Assembly: GCA_016748015.1 (NCBI GenBank) | Contig: JAAOMT010000703.1 | Coordinates: forward strand, 186,001-250,000 | Reading direction: 5' to 3' | Length of the DNA stretch: 64,000 nt | From: Geosiphon pyriformis uo1 | Taxonomy: Eukaryota > Fungi > Glomeromycota | Shown: positions 51,314 to 64,000 of the stretch, in pieces | Position numbering within the stretch: the stretch's first letter is position 1 | Layout: each line of letters opens with the position of its first letter | Position numbers and translations under genes: made by a program | Notes under the pieces: generated by a model | The model's input: the letters and a program-made list of their open reading frames with translations, nothing else | Databases searched by the model: none | Told to the model about the DNA's origin: nothing

Positions 51314-53809
51314 TGTTACAGTTTAAGAATTTAGCAAAAAGAATCAAGTAATAAAAATCATAACTTATCAAGCAATAGATCCAATTTTATCCAACAAACT
51401 CCACTTTAAATCATACTTTCAAATTAAATATCCCAAGAAACCTTTAAAAATCAAAAAGAAATGAAAAAAAATATTTAAAACAGAACTATCACAACCCAAA
51501 GTATTAAGAAACTTACTTGTATTATTTATTGAATGAAACTATTATTCATCAACTGAATCCCTTGGAAGAATAATCCTTGATCAAGATTATTCATGTTGTT
51601 ACTAATTGATAAAAGCTTTATTGTGAGAATTAGAAAAGCACTAAAGACCATTAACATTCTGTGTTTCTAGATTAGAGAAACACATCAGGCAATTGCAAGG
51701 ATAGCCTCAGAGAAAACCCCAGACAGTGGGTAGATTTCAGTTCAGCCTCTGAGAAGGAGTACATAAACACACACAACAATCAAGAATTAAAGAATAACTT
51801 ACATCGCAACAGTAAAAAGAAAGCCTTCAGTGTAACAGTGACATTATCACACAAATAGAATTGAGGAACTCACGAAAGACTGATTGCAATTAAAGTGGGA
51901 TATCAGCAATTAAATATAACAAGAAAACCATCCTGTAACATTTGGCATGTACTGGTTTCTGGGCATTTGGGGTGGCGTGTAGTAATTATTTTCGCGTGCT
52001 TCTTGCATCATTCGCGTTTGACATTGACTAATCAAATGTCCTACGTGTTTGCAAAAATGGCAGGCGCGTGTTTCTGTTCTGAATTCTTGGCGCGACGGGC
52101 GATTATTTCGACTGTCACTGACTTCCTGGCTGCATCTTTGGGGTGGTTGGTATGTATTTTTTCTCAGATCCGGGATGAGGTAACTTTCTATTTTCTTAGA
52201 GAGTTCCTCCCCTAATCGCGTTACTCTTTTCTCTAATGTTTCTGTCTTATTTTCCTCCATTACTATGTTAACCATTTGACTATGGTTAGCTTCTTTCTCA
52301 GCCGATTCAAGGGCTCTGGCGAGCGTAACGGCTTCTGGTAAGGAATTAGGGTGGGCAGGGCGTACTCTTCCTAAAATGCTGCTTTTTAATCCTCTAATAA
52401 ACTGATTTAAAACCTGAGGATCAGTGTAGTATCCTTGTTCNNNNNNNNNNNNNNNNNNNNGAATTTGATTGAATCGAGCAAGGTATTGGGTGACAGTTTC
52501 ACCGGTATTTTGCTTGATAGTATTGAATTCGTTCTGTAGTTGGATTACGGCGTTTGGGTCGCTAAAATACTCCAGGAGTGCATTTTTAAATTCGGCGAAG
52601 CTCGTGGGTTTTGTTTTCAGGCTTTGATACCACGAGTCGGCTGTGCCTTTCAGGAAGAAAGGTAATGTTTGAATTGCTCTTTGGTCATTTCAGTTATTTG
52701 CCTGGATGGCTTTTTGTGCTTCTCTGAGCCATGTGTGCACATCTGTTTCTTCTTCCTCTCCTGAAAAATCTGTTAGTCTTGCAATGTATGGTGTGGTCAT
52801 TTCATTGCCGTTTTCTGCTGGTGGGTTTATTGGTCTAAGAGGAGGTGAGATGATATTTCCTTGAGCGTTCCTAAAGGTGGCTTCCCTTATATCTGGTTCT
52901 TCCTCTTGATCACGAGTTTCTTGGTTTCTGGACTGGCTGTTTGTTCTAGTGACTGGTCTTGTGATTGTTTTTTCGCTGGTTTCTTTTTCGGATTCTGATT
53001 CAGACTCCTCTTCACAGTTTTCAAACCCCGTTCTAAATTTTGGCTGAAAAAGAGAGTTTTGGAATAGTGATGAATATCCTCCTGTAATTGGTATGTCTCC
53101 CCAGTTACGTTGTTTAATTTTATCAATATAACTAGGAGTTTTTGGCATTTGTGGAGTTGATGTTGATGATAATGCAGCTCCTAATGGAATTTGTATCTTA
53201 TTTTCTGGTGAAAAATGGTATGATTTATCTTCTGGTGAATAAATACGTTGTTTCTTTATTGATTGAGTGACAGTTTTCTTTGGCGTTTGAGCTGGTGTTT
53301 CTAGTTTTTGCTGGTTACTTTCCTGATTAGTTTCTAAATTTTCTTTGGTTTTGTTGGCACGTTCCCTAGTGTTTCCTGTGGATATTGGAAAATTTTTGTT
53401 GGCGTATTGCTCAATTTCTCAATGGATTTTGACAATAGTTGCGGCTATTACTGCTACTTCTTTTGTAGTGTATTGTGATAATTTTCTATACAATCCAAGT
53501 TTTGCGTCATGTGGTTTTTCTTTCTTTCCTATATGATAATTTATTCTGGCGTTGATATAATAAGTGAGGGCAGATTCTGCTGGACAACACCCTTCTGGTA
53601 ATCCAAGATCACTTTGATTTTGTGTGTAAATAGCACGGCAGAATTCAAGAACAGTAAGATTAGGGGTTTTTGTTGCCACTTTTGTCTTTTCCTTTTTAGC
53701 AATGAATTATTGCTAATTATTATTTCCTTTTTGATTTTCTTTCCTCGTAGGGTTCACCAAATGTTACGGGATGGTTTTCTTGTTATATTTAATTGCTGAT
53801 ATCCCGTTT
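51314..53809. mobile_element. B2: rearranged B-family sequence. Plus-strand LTR (51314-51940) fused to minus-strand gag, PBS and LTR (51942-53809, runs into a gap)
   Basis: The LTR is the reverse complement of 17536-18402 with a 240-bp deletion. 51942-53809 matches B from ~23693 to ~25926. Confidence 0.85.
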
Positions 53810-55844
53810 NNNNNNNNNNNNNNNNNNNNNNNNNNNNNNNNNNNNNNNNNNNNNNNNNNNNNNNNNNNNNNNNNNNNNNNNNNNNNNNNNNNNNNNNNNN
53901 NNNNNNNNNNNNNNNNNNNNNNNNNNNNNNNNNNNNNNNNNNNNNNNNNNNNNNNNNNNNNNNNNNNNNNNNNNNNNNNNNNNNNNNNNNNNNNNNNNNN
54001 NNNNNNNNNNNNNNNNNNNNNNNNNNNNNNNNNNNNNNNNNNNNNNNNNNNNNNNNNNNNNNNNNNNNNNNNNNNNNNNNNNNNNNNNNNNNNNNNNNNN
54101 NNNNNNNNNNNNNNNNNNNNNNNNNNNNNNNNNNNNNNNNNNNNNNNNNNNNNNNNNNNNNNNNNNNNNNNNNNNNNNNNNNNNNNNNNNNNNNNNNNNN
54201 NNNNNNNNNNNNNNNNNNNNNNNNNNNNNNNNNNNNNNNNNNNNNNNNNNNNNNNNNNNNNNNNNNNNNNNNNNNNNNNNNNNNNNNNNNNNNNNNNNNN
54301 NNNNNNNNNNNNNNNNNNNNNNNNNNNNNNNNNNNNNNNNNNNNNNNNNNNNNNNNNNNNNNNNNNNNNNNNNNNNNNNNNNNNNNNNNNNNNNNNNNNN
54401 NNNNNNNNNNNNNNNNNNNNNNNNNNNNNNNNNNNNNNNNNNNNNNNNNNNNNNNNNNNNNNNNNNNNNNNNNNNNNNNNNNNNNNNNNNNNNNNNNNNN
54501 NNNNNNNNNNNNNNNNNNNNNNNNNNNNNNNNNNNNNNNNNNNNNNNNNTAAAAAACACTTTTGAAAAAATACTATTAATGATCCCAACAAAGAAGTTAA
54601 CTGAAAAAAACTGAAAAATATATATAAAACAACTTTCAGTATTATACTGTTATTATTAGTTAGAACAAAAGCCAAATATTCAAGAATTATATATCAATAA
54701 ATCCAAAAGAATATTCAATCAAAAAATAGTACAACAGATTGAAAATTTTTTTGGAAAAAAAACAAATTCTAAACTATACATTAAAACAATTTATTGACTA
54801 TATATTATATTTCAAAATTATTTAGAAATATTACTATACTAAGAAATAAAAACAATAGCTGTTAACCAGTAAAAAAAAATAAACAATTCTTAATATAAAA
54901 AAATAAGAAACAGAATTAAACAAACAGTATTAGAAAGAGAAGTAATAGACTTAATTCAGAATAAAAATTTTGATAGAACTTAATATTAAAGGAAAAAATA
55001 ATATTATTTATAAAAAAAATACAAAAAAATAGACCAATAAGAGAATAATATTTAGTGAATAAGCATAATATCAGAAAATTATAACACATTGTTCAACAAT
55101 AAGCACATTGTTAATGAATTATAGTATACTGCTTAACAATAAACACATTATTAAAAAAAATAAAGCACATTGCTCAAAAAAATATAAGATTTTGTATAAC
55201 AAAAAATATGTATATATAGTAAGAATATTAGAAACAGAAAAAACAAAATTAATATTGATAATTAGTTAGAACTTATTAACTATTCAATATTTCTTTTTTC
55301 AAAAAATAGTTTTTTATAACTTGAAGTAAAATCGAATCATATATCAATAAAATACTTAAATCTATGTTATCATTACTTGATTAAAAAATATTAATCACTT
55401 CTATTCTATTAATACTCTATGTTAATAGAATTTAAAACTTAACTATACTGAACCAATAACTTTTGATCACAGCTATTAACAGAATATTAATTTTTTATTT
55501 TTTATTTTTATTTTTTTTATTTTTTTTATTTTGTTTCTTTGTTGTTTGCTAATTAATTAAAGGAATTAAGCACTAAGTATTTAATGTTAAGAATAGTCTG
55601 ATAAAAAACCCAGAAATAAGAGTAAAAATTTAAGAATAGTTTACTAGAAGAGCATAACTGTTAAATTAAATTGGCCACTATGCTAAAAAAAAAATTATCA
55701 ATTAAAACTCTGTCTATTATACAAAAAACCCAATCAAAACTTTTAGACTCTAAAACCTTTAAAAATTACCAATATTAACAACTATTAAGCACCAAGTTAC
55801 AGGTTTGTTATTTGTTTCAACACTCTAAATAATTATTTGTAACA

Positions 55845-58800
55845 GTGGTCATTAGTAATAAAATTGTTGTGAAAGTGGTGATTTTTGATATGTCAGTTGT
55901 TTTAAAGTTGAAAAAAAATATAGACAATTTGTTAACTACAATTATAAACCTAATGACCAAAATAAACAGTTTTAGTTTGGGTAAGAAAAATTTTTCTTCT
56001 TAATAACAGATTTGGTTTAAAAGATTGCTACTTGTAATATTAGATATTTTAATGTTTTTGTCAAGCAAAAAAATATTGTTTATTGGCATATAAATTTTGG
56101 TAACATGGTTTCTATTTTTACTAAGATGAAGTTGAGATTTAAAATTAGGCCATAGATCATAAATAAGTTTAATAGAGTTTGAATTTTTACTTCTAGTTTG
56201 GATAAAAGTTTTTTAGTGCTGATATTGCCATAATTATGGTTTTCTAGTTCAACATGTTTCAAAAGTGAATAAAATTCTGAATCAATTGATTTTGATACAT
56301 TTTTTATTCAAAAGCAAGCTTTTAATTATTATTCTGGATTTATATACTAATGTGTTTATTGATATATGGTTTGGCCAAGCTTCTAATATTAACTTTATGA
56401 TCTTTAAGACAGTTAATTTTAGCTTATTTGTGGTTTTGGATTGTAACTTTAATAAGAATGGTTCCAAGAGGAGTGCAAGTTTCAAATTTTGTTTGAATTT
56501 AGATCTAGTTAATATATTTGATAAACATCTATTGGCTAAGACTTCTACTTAAAGCAATTTTAAAAGGATTAAAAAAGTGTTGAATTTTATTTTTGTGAAT
56601 AAGAACTTGGTATTTGCAATAACATACTATAAAATCAATATTGTGACAGAGTTTTTTAACACTAATTATAAAGTGGTTTCAGTATTAATTGGTTTAAGTG
56701 GTTTTCTAAATGTTTGTTTTAGTAGTGTTTATAAGCAGACTAATAAAAATTAATGGAATTTCAAGCTAAAAAATACAGATAATACAAAGTAAGTATGATT
56801 TAAAAAGCAATCTTCTAATAGATTGTTGACAAATTCAAATGTGTTTGAGAAGATATATACTTGTAGTAACTTGGATACAATGTAGAAGGTGCTAAAAAAG
56901 ACCATGGTACATGTTACTGATATGATATTTTCTAGACATTGGTATAGTAAATATGATTGTTCAAATAACAAACAATCTTCAAAAAATTTTAAATTGAAAC
57001 TGTTCATTATGAAGATTATAAAGAAATAAAATTTGGAAGATCTATTGAAATTCAATTATCTTGTTGGAGTTTAGTTGTTTATTAATGTTGTTGAGGCATC
57101 TATAGTTATTGACATAATTTAAAGTAGTGTGTACTTAATTAAGTTAGTCAAGTATTTATTAATGGTGAGAAAAAAATATCAGAAATCTAAGTATTATAAA
57201 TTAAGAATATCTAAAAATACAGCTATTAAAAAGACAATTGAACAATACATAAAAAATTTCTGCTCTAACAAAGAACAAATAATAAAAAATATTTTGGAAA
57301 AACCATTTTACAAAGTTGTTTTGAATCACTTGGTGACAGAAAATAAACTGGTGGTAAAATCTAATAAAATGAAGCTTAGAGTTAACAAAATTATAAAAGG
57401 GTGGATAAAAAGACAGTCAATGTTTTCAAAAATGTCTGATCTTTGGTTTTGTTAATATATGCCTCTAAATTATGTGAATAATAATGCTTTTTTTGGTGTA
57501 ATAGAAAAAATTAATATGGAGAAGTTGACTGTAGTTGTTAATAATTTGCCAAATAGTAAACCTATTAAGTTGTTAGGAATATTTAATAAACTTTGAAAAC
57601 ACTGTAGTAAAAAGGTATTGAGTTGTCTTTTAAGATTATTGAATTTGTGTTTAACTTTAAGTGCAGTTTCAATTTTTTGAAAAAAAGCATAAGTTTTAAT
57701 GATCTCAAAGTTTTATAAATAAAATAGTGTCTTAACAAATACTAAGCCTATTGTACTAATCAAAACAGCTTGAAAAATTTTATTTAAGATTTTTGATTAG
57801 TATTACAAGATAATATAAAACTTATAATTTATTAGACTGGTATTATTTGAGGATTAATTTGTAATATATTAAAATGTGTAATTGGTTTATCAAGTTTTTT
57901 GGTAATATTTATGAGAATTGAATTAATAAAGTAATAACAGATTTTGGATTTTCAAATAGTTATAAGATATATAATAGTTTAGATCAGAATAAAGTTTTTT
58001 CTTTACTTTTTTGGAGAATTTTCTATGATCTGCTTTTGTGTAAGATCAAAAAACATAAACACTTATGTAAATACCAAATTAATACTAAATTTATAGCAAG
58101 AACTGATAGGATTGAAACTATTGAAGAAAAAACTTCTTTTTTTGTAACTGGTGTCTTTGTTGATAACATAATTTGAATTGAAAGTAGTTAAGCTTTTACA
58201 CAGTATATTTTGAATATTGCCAGTAAATTCTTTAATATCAATAATATCTCAATTAATAATAATAAAACAGTAGTCATTTCTATTAATTAGAGTGTTAAAA
58301 CTACCTTATTATTAATTAGTAATTTGCTGATTTCAATTGCTAAAAGTAGTAATTTGTATAAATACTTGAGTATTTTTTTGTTTATTGAGAGTTTTTCTAA
58401 GCCTAGCTTGGCTTAGACTTATACAGATGTTAGGTTTTTTTTCAATATAATATTAAAAAAAGTAATTATGAATAAACAGTTTTTTTACTTAATTTTGACT
58501 GTCTTGTAGTCCATAGTTAACTATCAATTTCAGTTTAGTTTTGTTTTATTGAATGTGTATTACAAGTATAATGTAATAGTTAGAAGAGATCTTAAGACCA
58601 AGACTTGTTTATTATGTAACTTTTTCAATAAGACTTTATATTATCTATCTTTATATAATTTAAAACTCTTTAAGCAAATACAGTCTAAAAGAAAAGTGGC
58701 TTTATTAATTTTTTTTTTCAATGTCTAAAGCATTTTTGGGCATTTATTTGAACATAGGTTTTTGGATTTGCAGATTCTGAGATGGTTTTTTTTTTGAATT

Positions 58801-59346
58801 TTCTGCAGTTTTGTTAAGTTGCATATTAGTCCAGTAAACAACTTTTTGGCCAAGGTAGTAAAAATCTTTTTGAACAATGAGCTATCTTTGACAAACAATT
58901 TGTCTAGTGTTTTTTATAATTCTGATAGATTTCTAATGTCTAGTATTTTGGGATAGCTCTTGTATTATAGTTTTGTTTTTTTTGAAGCAGTTTGGTATTG
59001 TATTTAATAACAAACTTCTGAACAAAAAGAAGAATGTGATAGACTAGAAAACTTTTTAATAGTATAAAAAATTGAATTCAAGAGATTCTGTGCCTTGTTG
59101 GTTTATGCTGGCATCTGAGTTTTTGCATAAAAATGTTTTTTTAAAGATCGAATCTATTAATATCTATGAGTTACTAGAGTTGAATATTTTGGAATCCAAG
59201 AAATTTTCTAATATATAAGAAGATTTACTAGAAATTCGGTCTAATTTTATCAAAATCTATATAAATAGGTTCTTGAAATGTGCTGATTCTGCTAGGGTAA
59301 CAAGTGAAGCAGCTGCTTACTTTTCAGCTTTAGATATAGATGTCAA
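55845..59346 (+). pseudogene. LINE-like element F: end of ORF1 and ORF2 (APE endonuclease, RT, start of RNase H)
   Basis: KIATCNIR (~56020), degenerate GDFN (LDCNFN) and DTDH APE motifs; TNT(R)PI.LI; GLDQG..SP.LWRIFYD-like; FVD(D/N) at 58156-58167; YLGI-like; YTDGS-like at ~59255. No LTRs. Confidence 0.8.
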
Positions 59347-62300
59347 TGTTATTCATAGAAAAAGTACAAAAAAAAAGTAGAAAAAACAGATAGAAAAATA
59401 GACTAATAAGAAATAATACTTAATAAAAGAACACAATATTAGAAAATTATAATATATTGCTCAGCAATGAACACATTGTTAATAAATTATGGCATACTGC
59501 TCAGCAATAAGCACATTGTCAAAAAATTATGGCATATTGCTCAACAATGAGCACATTGTCAGAAAAAATAAAACACATTGCTTAAGAAAATACAAGATCT
59601 TATATAACATAAATTATATATATAGCAAAAGTGTTAAAAGCAAAAAAAGTAATTTTTAGAGAATTCAATAAAGTTTATATTAATTTAGAACCATATCTCT
59701 TTCTTCAAAAGATAGTTTTCTACAACTTGAAGTGGATTTATTCTTATATTAATAAAATTATCTATTATTATTAAATTCATGTTATTATTACTTAATTAAA
59801 AATATTAATTACTTTTTATTCTATCAACACTCTATGTTGATAAAATTCAACACTTAATTATACTAGACTAATAACTCTTGATTATGACTATTGATAAGAT
59901 ATTAATTTTTTATTTTTTATTTTTATTTTTTTTATTTTTTTTTATTTTTTTTTGTTTCATTTTGTTGTTTTACTAATTGATTAAAAAGATTAAAGCACTA
60001 AGTATTTGACATCAAAGATAACATAATAAAAAACCCAGAAATAAGAGTAAAAATTTAATAATAGCTTATTAAAAAAGCACAACTGTCAAATTAAACTAGC
60101 CATTATACTAAAGAAAAAAATTCATGAAAGAAATCATCAATTGAATTTCTGTTCATCATACAAAAGACTCAATCAAAACTTTTAGACTCCAAAATCTTCA
60201 AAAATTACCAACTGTATCAACTATTGAGTACCAAGTTACAAATTTGTTATTTGTTTTAACGTTTCAAATAATTATTTATAACATTTGGTGCTTTCTGTGA
60301 AGTATAATTCAACAGAAAACCAGTACTAACATTAACCAGAAATTAGAGAAATATTTAACTAGCAATCAAGCAATTTATTAGTCTTTACAATATTACAACA
60401 ATTAAGAAAACTTTAATTATTTTCAAAATCAATTGTATTTATTATTAGCAAATCAATTATAACAACAAAAAATGCATAATTGTTATTATTGTAGTAAACA
60501 AGATTATCTAAAAGCAGATTGGTGCTCTAGATTTAATAATCAACAATCAAAAAATCAATATCAAAACCTTAATTCCAGATTTCAAACTTCAAAATATATT
60601 CCAAATTAAGAACAATATTAATATTAGTCTTATTATACTCTAATAACACAACAATCAATATATGTATTTCCAGTTTATCAAAATCCAGTACCAATAATTT
60701 ATTAACCACAGCCATAAGTAATTTATCAACTGCAGTTACAAGTAATTTATTAAACCCAACCAATTCAAATACTGCTCCAAAATTTAGCTCAAATAGCAAC
60801 TGAAAATCAAAAACCAAGAATTATACACATCTAACAGAACTGGCAATTGGTAATAGTAAAGCACCAACTGATTTTTAGTTTATTAAATTAGCTATTAGAA
60901 TCATGCCAGCAGAGTTTAAGAAATGAGTACACTCAAAATCTGAATTCTTAGAACTATTTAAGTCTTTTGATTACTTCAGAAAACAACTTATTCAACAACT
61001 TAAAAACCAATTCAAAAACACTACTTACCAACAACATTCTATTAGCAACTATTATTAAAGACAAATCACTTACAGCCATATTTTTTTTTAAGTTAAAAAA
61101 ATTGACAATAACACTTTTATTCAGTAAAGTCACTCTTAATAACAAACTTACAACTTATGTACACAGATACCAAAGTCAATAGCCAATCTATCAAACTGAT
61201 CTTTAATAGTAGATTAACAGACAACATTATTACATAACAACTTATGGACCAATTAGGTTACCAAGTTAATTGTGCTGTCAACACCAGAATTATTACAGTT
61301 AATAAAGCAATAAAAACTTTTATTGGCAAAATTAACAACTTTTTTTTTAAAGTTAACAATATTATTATGTCAATCAAAGTATTAGTAATAAAAGCCATGT
61401 AATATCAAGCTCTTGTTGGTAATGGTTGCCTGTTCAAAACCAATGCTGTGCTTAACTGAAATACTTAAAAACTACAGCTTAGTCAAAATAGTTAGCAAAT
61501 TCAGATATCTGTTACTTATAGCCACTTTAAAACAAATACTACTACTTAATTATCACTAATTAAGTTCAAAAAAAAAACCTATTTGGAAAGCTTATTAAGT
61601 CTTGTAGGCTAAAAACAAACACAATATATTATTACCAATACTTTCTTGAAATAACAAGAATAAAGAAAAAAAAGAAAACAAATTACAAGTTATTACCTTC
61701 ACAAAAAACAAATAATAGATAACACATTTTATACTTATTAAAACCAAAAAAAAACTATTTTACTATCAAAATCTAGCATCTACTTAAAAAAAACAAAAGC
61801 AGTATTTAAAACAATTAAATATTAAATTCTATAAATATTGCTTAATTTCTTATGACTTAAAATATTGTAATAATGATGATCTTATTTACAATTTGTCACC
61901 ATACACAATCTATTTAATTTCTAAAAAAAAATATAATTAGCAAATGTGCTTTAAAATTAAAATTAAAATTTAATCTTAATTCAGACTTTGATAATAACAA
62001 CAACAATAATTCTAACTCCATTTATAATAGCAATTACAATAACAATAATTCAAACTTCAATAAAAACTTTGAACAATATTTTGCACTTTCAAATCTTTCA
62101 CAGAAGCAAAAACTTAAATAGTTTAGTAATAATAATGAGGATATTATATCAAAACACATGCATAATAACAACACAAAATTTAATCTCAAATATTCAGGAA
62201 AAACTGCCATCAAATTAGAATCTTACTTGCATATCAGTATAGATTTAAGAGATTTTGATGGAGTTTAATATTGAAGGAGAAGATAATATTACTCATAAAA

Positions 62301-63171
62301 AAAGTACAAAAAAAGAAAGTAAGAAAAACAGATAAAAAAATAGACCAATAGAAGAATAGTATTTAGTAAAAGAACACAAGATTAAAAAATTATAATACAT
62401 TACTTAGCAATAAACACATTGTTAATAAATTATAGCATACTGTTCAACAATAAGCATATTATCAGAAAATTATAATATATTGCTTAAAAAAACGCAAGAT
62501 CTTGTATAATATAAATTATATATATAGCAAAAGTATTAAAAACAGAAAAAATAATTTCCAGAGAATTCAATAAAGTTTATATTAATTTAAAATCATACCT
62601 CTTTTTTTAAAAAATAGTTTTTTACAACTTAAAATACAATTATTCCCATAATAATAAAATTATCTATTATTATTAAATCTATGTTATTATTATTTAATTA
62701 AAAATATTAATTACTTTTTATTCTATCAACACTCTATGTTAATAAAATCCAACATTTAACCACACTAGACTAATAGCTCTTGATCATGGCTATTAATAAG
62801 ATATTGATTTCTTATTTTCTTTTATTTTTTTTATTTTTTTTTATTTTGTTTTGTTGTTTTACTAATTGATTAAAGAAATTAAAACACTGAATATTTAATG
62901 TCAAAGATAGCTTGGTAAAAAACCCAGAAATAAGAGTAAAAATTTAAAAATAGCTTACCAGAAGGATATAACTGTCAAATTAAACTGATCACCATGTTGA
63001 AGAAAAAAATTCATGAAAAAAACCATCAATTGAATCTTTGTTTATTATACAAAGAACTCAATCAAAATTTTCAAACTCTAAAACCTTCAAAAATTACCAA
63101 TTATATCAACTATTAAGTACCAAATTATGGATTTGTTATTTGTTTTAACACTCTAATAATCATCTATAACA
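59347..63171 (+). mobile_element. Element J: internally deleted non-autonomous A-family element
   Basis: LTRs at 59347-60283 and 62287-63171, PBS at 60286-60302, PPT at ~62272-62286. The 2-kb interior holds knuckle, PR and dUTPase-start remnants only. Degenerate TSD TCAA/TTAG. Confidence 0.88.
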
Positions 63172-63341
63172 TTAGGATTAAAATGAATAAACTTTTGTCT
63201 TTTATTTTGGCTGAGTTACAAACTGTTGCTTTGGCATTGGAGTGTGTTTTGTTTTCATGTGCTGTGGTTTTATATCTAAACAGCCAATCTGTAATTGATG
63301 TATATATATTTGAAGCTTTGTTTACTGTGCCTGATTTCCAT
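63172..63341 (+). pseudogene. LINE-like element F: RNase H continuation
   Basis: LAELQTVALALECV and YL(D/N)SQS, the RNase H catalytic E and D motifs; continuous with 59346. Confidence 0.75.
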
Positions 63342-64000
63342 TGTTACAAGTAATTATTTGAAGTGTAAATGCAAATAACAAATCCATAACTTGGTACTTA
63401 ATAGCTTGTTAATAATGATAATATTTAAAGATTTTGATAATTTGAAGATTTTGGTTGATCTGAAGATTTTAGTTGAGTCCTTTATATAATGGACAGAGAT
63501 TCAATAGTTGTTTCAGTATTTTTTTAGAAGTTTATTCTATGAATTTTTTTTTTAGTATGGTTAATTTATTTTAACAGTTATGCTCTTTTAGTAAACTATT
63601 CTCAATTTTATAAGTTTTCTATTTTTGTTTCATGGGTTTTTTACCAAGCTATCCTTAACATTAAAATTATTTAGTGCTTAATCTTTTTAATCAGTTAGTA
63701 AATTAACAACACAAAATAAAAAAAAATAAAAAAAAAATAAGAAATTAATATCTTATTAATAGTCATAATCAAGAACTATTGGTTCAGTATAGTTAAGTAT
63801 TGAATTTTATCAACACTCCATATTGATAGAATAGAAGTGATTTAATATTTCTTAATCAAATAACAATAATATAAATTTAGATAATAATTGATATTTTTTA
63901 TTGATATGTAATTTGATTCCATTTCAAGTCATAGAAAACTACTTTTAAAAAGAGAAGTATTGGATAATTAATTGATTGTAAATATTGATTTTAAACTAAA
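63342..64000 (-). repeat. Element K: A-family LTR (U5 end), truncated by the window edge
   Basis: TGTTACA terminus; reverse complement of an E/H/J-type LTR. Confidence 0.85.

Larger units (their letters stand above)
35588..55844 (+). mobile_element. Element H: old full-length A-family element, interrupted by C and B2
   Basis: LTRs at 35588-36465 and 55002-55844; PBS at 36468-36484. Internal segments 36466-40477, 48133-51313 and 54550-55001 are colinear with A. Degenerate TSD GTAA/GTGG. Confidence 0.88.

Overview
This is eukaryotic, AT-rich, repeat-only DNA with no host gene, rRNA, tRNA or CRISPR array. The peptides resemble repeat-derived proteins I associate with Glomeromycota fungi such as Geosiphon; this is an inference and was not checked. 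The window is a nested stack of decayed retroelements. One LINE-like element F (ORF1 plus APE-RT-RNase H, + strand) is split by Ty3/Gypsy LTR elements E, G, H, J and K. E contains D, D contains A and B, and H contains C plus a rearranged B-family copy (B2). The LTR elements fall into three families with non-homologous LTRs: the A-family (A, D, E, G, H, J, K), the B-family (B, B2) and C. Comparing copies by eye gives an unusual shared genome plan. (1) A single ORF1 encodes gag, protease, a Cys-rich domain, [dUTPase plus a dUTPase-like domain in the A- and B-families], RT and RNase H. It stops exactly 4 codons after the NAD.LSR motif in all three families. (2) Integrase is a separate ORF with its own ATG after an A/C-rich spacer. 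(3) A conserved ~210-aa non-env ORF3 lies between integrase and the PPT. (4) A conserved ATTTTGnnnGAGCTCAA-type motif sits just upstream of the PPT and is kept even in deletion derivatives. (5) TSDs are 4 bp with a central YR step. All copies are pseudogenised, mostly by C>T and G>A transitions. Several assembly gaps limit interpretation.
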